Assembly: GCA_965203355.1 (NCBI GenBank)
Contig: OZ241889.1
Coordinates: forward strand, 3,520,001-3,584,000
Origin: Candidatus Latescibacterota bacterium
GTDB taxonomy: Bacteria; Latescibacterota; UBA2968; UBA8231
Direction: 5' to 3'
DNA length: 64,000 nucleotides
Shown piece by piece: positions 57,458 to 64,000 of this stretch. Numbering within the stretch: the stretch's first letter is position 1; every line of letters begins with the position of its first letter. A program made the position numbers and the translations under genes. A model generated the notes under the pieces. That model had not been told where the DNA came from. It saw nothing but the letters and a program-made list of their open reading frames with translations, and made no database searches.

Positions 57458-59794
57458 ATGAATCTTTGCATGGCCTTCGCGGCCTTGATCTTGGGCAGCT
57501 ACCCGCTAGCAGCCGATCAGTTGCGCTACGACTCAGCGCGCGATTGGCGTCAATGGCACCTGCCCCTAGGCGCGGTGGAATTGACCCCATCCGGTGCGAT
57601 CCAGCTCACAAAAATCGAGAAGGGCATCAACGCGATACGCGATCTAGACGCCTTCGGCGGCGGCATCCGCCATGCCGGCTCCAACCTCAACACCGCCCGG
57701 TTGGCCATCGACGGCAATCCAGCGACCGGTTGGGCTCCCGACCCAGCGGCCAATCCAGACGAGTGGTTCATCGAGATCGACTTGGGCCGGGCGGTCTCGG
57801 CCAAAAGCATCACGTTGGTGTTCGACGCGGCTGCTCCGCCCTTTGATCTGTTCGACCTGCTGCTTTCGACCGGCGAGCCAGAAACCGACTTTATCGCCGC
57901 GCCGATTGAAGGCTCCTTGGTCTATCGCGTCAAAGCGCGCATCAAGGAAAACACCCTCCATCGGGTGACGTACCACATAGAACAAATCGACGAAGAGCCC
58001 ATCCAATTCATCCGCTTTGAGCCGCTGCTCATAGTGCCCGATGCGCGCCTCGCCGAGATCGAAGTCGAAACCATTGGCGACAACATCGCCCTCGGGCTGT
58101 TGGAGCGCGGCGGGACCGTCGATGTCAACATTAATCTCGCTAGCAACGACTCGCAGCCGCTCGGCAAGGCCCGGGCTTTGTTCGATGGAAACCTGTACGA
58201 GCGCTGGCGGGCGGGCAGAGCCTCTAGGGCCCCAGTCGACATCCTCGCCCACATGGTCCTCGATTTAGGCGCGGTCTATTGGGTCGATCAAACGCGGATC
58301 ATCGGCGGCGTGGTCGTGCGCTCCGGCTTTGGCGGCGGCATTACCACTAGTCACTACGTTTCGCGCCGGCGCTGGGACTTCCGCTTCTACGAGTTTATGA
58401 CCTCGGACGGCTCGCTTTCGCCCGACGGCTCGCGCCTGTGGGCCAAGCACTTTTCCGGTGCTTCGCCTCAGAGCCAGACCGCCAAGGGCCTAGTCGATCA
58501 CCATTTCGACCTAATGCCGACGCGCTTTATTCGCATCTTATGGAAGTATTGGGACACCAGTTGCTATTCCTTTCAGCGGCTCGGCGAGGAAGGGGGCGTC
58601 AACAGAGTCCCCGGCTGCGCCGCGGGTGGAACGACCGACGAGATTCAGATTTTCGGCGAAGGGTTCCCGTCGGAAGTCGATTTCCGCTCGCCCCTGATCG
58701 ACTTGGGGGCCGGCAAGAACCTCAACTCGGTGGAGTGGAGCGGCACCGAGCCGCCCGGGACGCGCATCGAGATTCGCACCCGTACCGGCGACGAAGTATT
58801 GGAGACCTACACGTACCGCGACAAGAATGGCAAGGAAGTTACCGAACGGAAGTACAACAAGCTCATTCCCAGCTTCAAAGGCCCGATCGACACCACCCTC
58901 GCGGCCGGCGGCGACTGGAGTGCGTGGAGCCGCATTTACAGCTTCTCTGGCGAGGCTTTTCTCTCGCCTTCGCCGCGACGCTACCTCGAAATCGACGTGC
59001 GTATGACCTCAGATTCGCCGGCTGTGGGCGCTGCTCTCGACCACTTGGCCGTCCATTTCACTCAGCCGCTCGCTGGCCGCGTACTCGGGGAAATTTCTCC
59101 GCCGCAGGCCCTACCGGGCATGCCGACCGAGTTCACGTATTACTTGCGCCCCGAAAGCACTAGCGGCTTTGACCGCCTCGCGATGGAGTCGGACGCACCC
59201 GTGCATTTTGTGGGCATCTCGCACAATGGAGCCGCCCTCGGCGTGCAAATGGACACCACCGCAAGCGGTTTCCTAGTCCATCTGCCCGACCGCATCCGCA
59301 CCGATCAGCTCATTGAGCTAAAATTTCAGTCTTCCGTGTTTAGGCAATCGACGCGCTTCGACGTCTTTTTGCAGGACAGCCGCCAAGACGAGAGCGTGCG
59401 CCAGCGCGTGGACCCGGGCGACGCCACCGAACAGATTGCGAGCAACACCAACATCGTCACCTTGCCGGTCTCGCGGGAATTACTCGCCAATATGTCCTTC
59501 TCGTCCAAGGCCATCACGCCCAACGGCGATGGGGTCAACGACGAACTGACGCTGGAGATCGCGCTGGTCAATGTGCTAGCACCGCGCCCCTTGCGATTGC
59601 GCCTGTACGACCTCGCCGGTCGCCCGGTGTACGACCGCAGCGAAGACAGCCGCGCCGGCCTGTACCAGCTCGTCTGGGATGGCCGCGATAGCCGCGGCGA
59701 GCGGGTGGCCCCCGGCCTGTACGTGCTCGAAGTCCTGGTGGCGGGCGACGCGGGCGACGAGAAAACGCAGGCACTCATTTCCGTAGCTTACTAG
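57458..59794 (+). CDS. Large secreted protein with discoidin-like domains and C-terminal FlgD-Ig-like domain
   Basis: Signal peptide; DGNPATGW, IEIDLG, WSAWS, SPSPRRY, ITPNGDGVND, WDGRD..G.RVAPGLY. Confidence 0.78.
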   Translation: MNLCMAFAALILGSYPLAADQLRYDSARDWRQWHLPLGAVELTPSGAIQLTKIEKGINAIRDLDAFGGGIRHAGSNLNTARLAIDGNPATGWAPDPAANPDEWFIEIDLGRAVSAKSITLVFDAAAPPFDLFDLLLSTGEPETDFIAAPIEGSLVYRVKARIKENTLHRVTYHIEQIDEEPIQFIRFEPLLIVPDARLAEIEVETIGDNIALGLLERGGTVDVNINLASNDSQPLGKARALFDGNLYERWRAGRASRAPVDILAHMVLDLGAVYWVDQTRIIGGVVVRSGFGGGITTSHYVSRRRWDFRFYEFMTSDGSLSPDGSRLWAKHFSGASPQSQTAKGLVDHHFDLMPTRFIRILWKYWDTSCYSFQRLGEEGGVNRVPGCAAGGTTDEIQIFGEGFPSEVDFRSPLIDLGAGKNLNSVEWSGTEPPGTRIEIRTRTGDEVLETYTYRDKNGKEVTERKYNKLIPSFKGPIDTTLAAGGDWSAWSRIYSFSGEAFLSPSPRRYLEIDVRMTSDSPAVGAALDHLAVHFTQPLAGRVLGEISPPQALPGMPTEFTYYLRPESTSGFDRLAMESDAPVHFVGISHNGAALGVQMDTTASGFLVHLPDRIRTDQLIELKFQSSVFRQSTRFDVFLQDSRQDESVRQRVDPGDATEQIASNTNIVTLPVSRELLANMSFSSKAITPNGDGVNDELTLEIALVNVLAPRPLRLRLYDLAGRPVYDRSEDSRAGLYQLVWDGRDSRGERVAPGLYVLEVLVAGDAGDEKTQALISVAY

Positions 59795-60001
59795 TAGGTT
59801 CGCGGGCAAAAAAATCTTGACAGTCAAACACATATTTATTTGTTTGTCTCCCGTATTATTGATTTGACAACGGCCAAAAATCGCCCATGAAAGGAGGTTT
59901 GAAGTACTAGCGGCTGCACTTTTGAGCAATTCCGCTCGCTACCTATGGCGGGCTTTTTCCTGCAACCTTTTACGGACCGAACAATTGAGGAGGATTTCAC
60001 A

Positions 60002-60907
60002 ATGCGTAAAGTCTTAGCTTTGACTTTAGGTATCGCTATCGCTGGTGCTGCTTTCGCGCAGGAGCCGGCTGAAGTACCGCTCTATTTCGCCGTAGGCATC
60101 CCCGGCGATCACCTGCCCACCATCGACGGCGACAATTCCGACTGGGCTTGGGTCGATCGCAGCTTTGAGGTCACCATTGACGACATGAATCCGCTGACTG
60201 GCGGGGCCGACGACGCGGATGACCTATTCATCGACCTGATCATCGGCTGGAGCGACGCCAACAACCGCGTCAGTGCCATGATTCACGTCCACGACGACTT
60301 CCTGATCGTCGATAAGAACCCCACCTGCACTTTCCGCGACGACAACTGCGAAGTGCATTTCGACCCGGACAACCAAGGCGGCGGTCCGTACTCGGCCCCC
60401 GAAGACCAAGACTTGCAGCCGGCCTACCAGATGTGCCTGAGCTTCTCCGAGCAGTTCTCGCGCGTCCAAATGTACAACGGCGCGCTGGGCAATTTCGAGC
60501 AGGACGCCCTGAACTTCTGGTGGACCCACACCGACTTCGTCGAGGCCGGTCACGTCAACCAAGGCCAAGAGTACTACTACGAGTTCAGCGCTGAGTTGAT
60601 GGATCCGATCTCGATCAGCGGCGGCCCGGACGCCAGCACGGTGTGGATGCTCGCGGCCGAGCAGACCATCGGCATGTCGATCTCGGTTGACGACGCCGAC
60701 GAAGGGCTCAACGCCAACGGCAACGATCCGCTCACCGAGGAGTGCTGCGAAAACGGGTTCTACTGGCAGGCCCAGTTCAGCATGGCCGAGCAGTTCATGA
60801 ACACCGGCGGCATGCCCGATATCTTCCTGACGCAGATCGAGGAAGCTACGGCGGTCGAGCAAAGCTCTTGGGGCCAGATCAAGTCGCTGGTAGGCGAAGA
60901 GCTATAA
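60002..60907 (+). CDS. Secreted acidic CBM9/DOMON-like protein with C-terminal SWGQIK motif
   Basis: GAGGAGG RBS and signal peptide; PTIDGD.SDW, VHDD, DNCEVHFD, IG.SISVDDAD; ends TAVEQSSWGQIKS. Confidence 0.75.
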   Translation: MRKVLALTLGIAIAGAAFAQEPAEVPLYFAVGIPGDHLPTIDGDNSDWAWVDRSFEVTIDDMNPLTGGADDADDLFIDLIIGWSDANNRVSAMIHVHDDFLIVDKNPTCTFRDDNCEVHFDPDNQGGGPYSAPEDQDLQPAYQMCLSFSEQFSRVQMYNGALGNFEQDALNFWWTHTDFVEAGHVNQGQEYYYEFSAELMDPISISGGPDASTVWMLAAEQTIGMSISVDDADEGLNANGNDPLTEECCENGFYWQAQFSMAEQFMNTGGMPDIFLTQIEEATAVEQSSWGQIKSLVGEEL

Positions 60908-60946
60908 ACAGACTGTAGCCGTCTTCGTCTTAAAGCGTAAGTTCAC

Positions 60947-60981
60947 AAGGGGAGGGGAATGGATTCCCCTCCCCTTATTTT
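60947..60981 (+). terminator. Probable intrinsic terminator
   Basis: AAGGGGAGGGGAA-TGGA-TTCCCCTCCCCTT perfect hairpin followed by ATTTT, about 40 bp after the stop at 60907. Confidence 0.8.
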
Positions 60982-61008
60982 GTCTATGGGAGAGAGGCAA
61001 CGCGCGCT

Positions 61009-62808
61009 ATGTTCAAGTGGCAATTTAGGCTGTTGATCGGCGTTCTATTGGGTGCGCGGGCGGCTGGTGCCGTGGAAGTGTGGACCGCGGGCGGCTCTGG
61101 CTTTGCCTGGCGCGATGTCGGCGAACTGACCGGACTCACCACCGACGCATCGGTCCTGCTCCCAGCCGTGGTGGACTCGACCACCAATGCCGTCGAAATT
61201 CTCACCCTGAAGCGGCGGGGGGGCAACATTTCCTCGCCGCAGTCGAGCGACGATCTGACCGGCCTGCTCACCGACGGCAACGCCGAGACCTTTTGGCGCG
61301 TCACGCGCGAGCGCCGTCCCGACGGCACTTCCATGCTCATCGACTTAGGCGCGATCTTGCCGATCAACCGCATCCGCTTTCAAGGCAACCCCGACATCTT
61401 TCTTCGCGCCTATGAGCTTTTTGTTCACGATGGCGACCCCGCGCAACTGAGAGAAGACCTGCCGATCGCCTTTGTCAACCAAGTCGGCGCCAATCTCGAA
61501 CAAAGCGAATCGGCTATCGACGTGCGCATTCCCCTCCAATTCGTGCGCTTTCTCCGCCTGATTAGCCGCTCGGGCCAAGAATTTATCATCGAGGAAGTCG
61601 AGGTCTTTGGCGATGGCTTCGCGCCCACCGGCAGTTATCTCTCCCAAGTCATCGACCTCGGCGAGGCCGCCAACTTTGGCCAAATTCGCCTCCAGACCCG
61701 CTCCGACCCGTTGACTAACGTGGTATTGCAGACGCGGACCGGCACGGTGCCCGACCCCAAAATTTACTATCGCAAAACCGAGGTCTTTGAGGGCGAGGAT
61801 CGGCAGGAAGAACCCATCTTGCCGATAGGCACGCCCGAGGCGGCCGACGAGTACGACGATCTGACCTCGTCCGACCAGGGCGCGATCATCGACAACATCG
61901 ACGAGTGGAGTCCTTGGTCGGCACCATACGAGGATTTCTTTGGCGATCTACTCTCGCCGGGCAACCGCCGCTACGTCCAGTTCCGCCTGTTGTTTTCGTC
62001 CGAGGACGCACGTCAATCAGCTCTCGTCGATTCGTTCTCCTTTGACTATTCGCTGCCGACACTGGCCGAAGAACTGACGGCCGAAATCACGCCAGCGACG
62101 GTCGCGCTCGGCGCGCGCAATGCCTTCGATTACTACATCCGCTCGACTTTCGGCACGGCCAACGCTGGATTCGACCGGGTGGAAATCCGCACGCCTTTCA
62201 AAGCGACGGTCAACAGCGTCGAGTTAGACGGGATCCCCGTATCCTTTGTGGAGGAGGACGCACAGGACGAGAGCAGGCTGGCCATCCAACTGACCGATGA
62301 CCGAGTGACCGAATCGGGCCAGCTTTTGCGCATCCATTTTGAGGCCATGGTGACGGTCTATGGCACCACTTTTTTCGCCAAGGTTTTCGACAGCCAAACG
62401 GGCGAACTCGGTCAAGACGTGGTGGCCGGAGACGCCACCCCCGCAGCCCAAACCGATCGCCTGTCGATCCAAGGCGCGTTGCGCCAAGAACTCGTCCTCG
62501 AATTGAAGGCGGACCCGCCGATATTTAGCCCCAACGGCGATGGAGTCAACGACCAGTTACAGGTGTCCTACATCTTGCTCCGCGCACTCTCGCAGGTGCC
62601 GGCCGACCTAAGGGTGTACGATCTCGCGGGTCGCCCGGTGCGGCACTTGCAAAAAAGCGGTGCGCTCAACGGGCCACAGCACACCACTTGGGACGGCTTG
62701 GACGAGCGCGGTGCCATGGTGCCACCTGGCCTCTACATCTTGCGGCTTTCCATTGATACGGATACCGGCTCTGAAGATCGGTCGCTGCTAGTGGGGCTAG
62801 CGTACTGA
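61009..62808 (+). CDS. Secreted protein with C-terminal FlgD-Ig-like domain (paralogue of 57458-59794)
   Basis: Signal peptide; DG...TFW, LIDLG, QTRTG, WSPWS, SPG.RRYVQ, FSPNGDGVND, WDG.D..G..VPPGLY. Confidence 0.78.
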   Translation: MFKWQFRLLIGVLLGARAAGAVEVWTAGGSGFAWRDVGELTGLTTDASVLLPAVVDSTTNAVEILTLKRRGGNISSPQSSDDLTGLLTDGNAETFWRVTRERRPDGTSMLIDLGAILPINRIRFQGNPDIFLRAYELFVHDGDPAQLREDLPIAFVNQVGANLEQSESAIDVRIPLQFVRFLRLISRSGQEFIIEEVEVFGDGFAPTGSYLSQVIDLGEAANFGQIRLQTRSDPLTNVVLQTRTGTVPDPKIYYRKTEVFEGEDRQEEPILPIGTPEAADEYDDLTSSDQGAIIDNIDEWSPWSAPYEDFFGDLLSPGNRRYVQFRLLFSSEDARQSALVDSFSFDYSLPTLAEELTAEITPATVALGARNAFDYYIRSTFGTANAGFDRVEIRTPFKATVNSVELDGIPVSFVEEDAQDESRLAIQLTDDRVTESGQLLRIHFEAMVTVYGTTFFAKVFDSQTGELGQDVVAGDATPAAQTDRLSIQGALRQELVLELKADPPIFSPNGDGVNDQLQVSYILLRALSQVPADLRVYDLAGRPVRHLQKSGALNGPQHTTWDGLDERGAMVPPGLYILRLSIDTDTGSEDRSLLVGLAY

Positions 62809-62819
62809 GCGCACGGCCT

Positions 62820-64000
62820 ATGTCCAGTCCCCTATTCAATCACGCCACGCGCGCGTTAGGTCTCGTTGTAGCGTTGAGCGGTTTCGCCTTGGGCGAGCGC
62901 GTTTCGTTTGACACCCGCTCTGCTTGGCGCGAATGGACCCACCCGGTCGGTGCCTTAGCCCTCCAAGCGACCGGCCGGATCCAACCGGTACCCGTACGCA
63001 AAAACATCGACGCCGTGCGCAATGCCGAGCACTTTGGCGGCGGCATCCGCCAAGTCGGCAGCAACGCCCGCGACGCCAGCCGCATCATGGATGGCAATCC
63101 GGCCACTAGCTGGTCGCCCGATCCAGCGGACGGCATTGAAAACGCCTATATCGAACTCGACTTGGGCCGCTTGGTGACCTCCGCTGAAATCGCCCTAACG
63201 TTCGACCCGTCCGCGCCGCCCTTTGAGTTTTTCACCATCTTGCTGTCGAGCGGCGAAAAGTTCTTTACCAACGCCTTAGTGCCCGTAGAAGGCACCTTGG
63301 GCTACGGCCTCTCCAAGACCATTGGTTTCAACGAGAGCCACGAACTCGTTCTCGACCCCCGCCAGCGCACCTTGGCCCCGTCCGGCTCGGACGGCTTGGC
63401 CGATGGCCCGGCCGGCGAGTTCAAGGAATCCTCGGGTCTGGTGCGCATTATTCGCATTGAACTGTCCAAGTTTGTCGAGGGAGCGGGCTTGGCCGAGATT
63501 TCGGTTTCCACCATCGGCGACAACATCTCCCTCGGGATCATTGAGCGCGGCGGCAACATCGAACTCATCACCGACTTGCAAGCCGTGCTCTCCGGCGGCG
63601 AGAACATGGTAGATGGCGATATTGTCACCAACTGGGGCATGCAGACGTACCACCAGACCCAGACCGGCTTCGACATCTTCAATCGCATCATCTTCGATTT
63701 AGGGGCCCATTACTGGATTGACCAGATTCGCATCATCGGCGAGCCAGCCGGTGCTCCATCGCGGATGCGCAGTCGCTACGCCAACTTCTTCTGGTACCAG
63801 CTGCTCGCTTCCGACGGCTCGATCTCCCCGGATGGCACCCTGAATTTTCGCGAGCTCGCCTTTGTCGACGACAGCCCGCTAAACGAGACGACGATCCGCA
63901 ACTTCGACCACCAATTCGACTTGCAGAAAATCCGCTATATCAAGCAATACTTCCCCTCTTCTCGCCACGGCGGCGAGCGCAGCGGCACCCACGGCACCTA
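62820..64000 (+). CDS. Third secreted paralogue, running off the window edge
   Basis: ATG at 62820 reads MSSPLFNH...AWREW...FGGGIRQVGSN...DGNPATSWSPD...IELDLG, colinear with the 57458 protein. Confidence 0.78.
   Translation, partial: MSSPLFNHATRALGLVVALSGFALGERVSFDTRSAWREWTHPVGALALQATGRIQPVPVRKNIDAVRNAEHFGGGIRQVGSNARDASRIMDGNPATSWSPDPADGIENAYIELDLGRLVTSAEIALTFDPSAPPFEFFTILLSSGEKFFTNALVPVEGTLGYGLSKTIGFNESHELVLDPRQRTLAPSGSDGLADGPAGEFKESSGLVRIIRIELSKFVEGAGLAEISVSTIGDNISLGIIERGGNIELITDLQAVLSGGENMVDGDIVTNWGMQTYHQTQTGFDIFNRIIFDLGAHYWIDQIRIIGEPAGAPSRMRSRYANFFWYQLLASDGSISPDGTLNFRELAFVDDSPLNETTIRNFDHQFDLQKIRYIKQYFPSSRHGGERSGTHGT

Overview
GC-rich bacterial chromosome segment with no rRNA, tRNA or CRISPR array. 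Its CRTAC1/ASPIC-UnbV, TPR, FGE-fold and FlgD-Ig-tailed secreted proteins, plus C-terminal [ST]WG.IK motifs, suggest a Latescibacterota/Poribacteria-like lineage (inference). From left to right: (1) partial NAD kinase, two epimerases, a BCCT transporter and a TonB-dependent receptor truncated by an IS5-family element; (2) a 5'-truncated SPPY-type DNA methyltransferase and a peptide-type ABC transporter; (3) a first CRTAC1/TPR/FGE/HAD block with a heptamer repeat; (4) a ~15 kb integrase-less defence island with an SNF2 helicase, DUF1156-like methyltransferase and DUF499-like ATPase core, plus inserted TM+TIR, VapBC, ATPase+PIN, ATPase-TOPRIM and DUF4276 modules; (5) a eukaryote-like alkyl-DHAP synthase next to a DHRS7B-like SDR; (6) a second CRTAC1/TPR/PPIase block interrupted by a nuclease-remnant/RelE cassette; (7) a MauG-type di-haem protein and large secreted proteins with sorting-signal-like tails. 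Best leads: a G15 switch inside a duplication-flanked insert in the methyltransferase, a TIR plus small membrane protein pair, a candidate eukaryote-type ether-lipid gene pair, and cassettes repeatedly flanked by decayed copies of a neighbouring gene's terminus. Family assignments come from motif recognition, not database searches.
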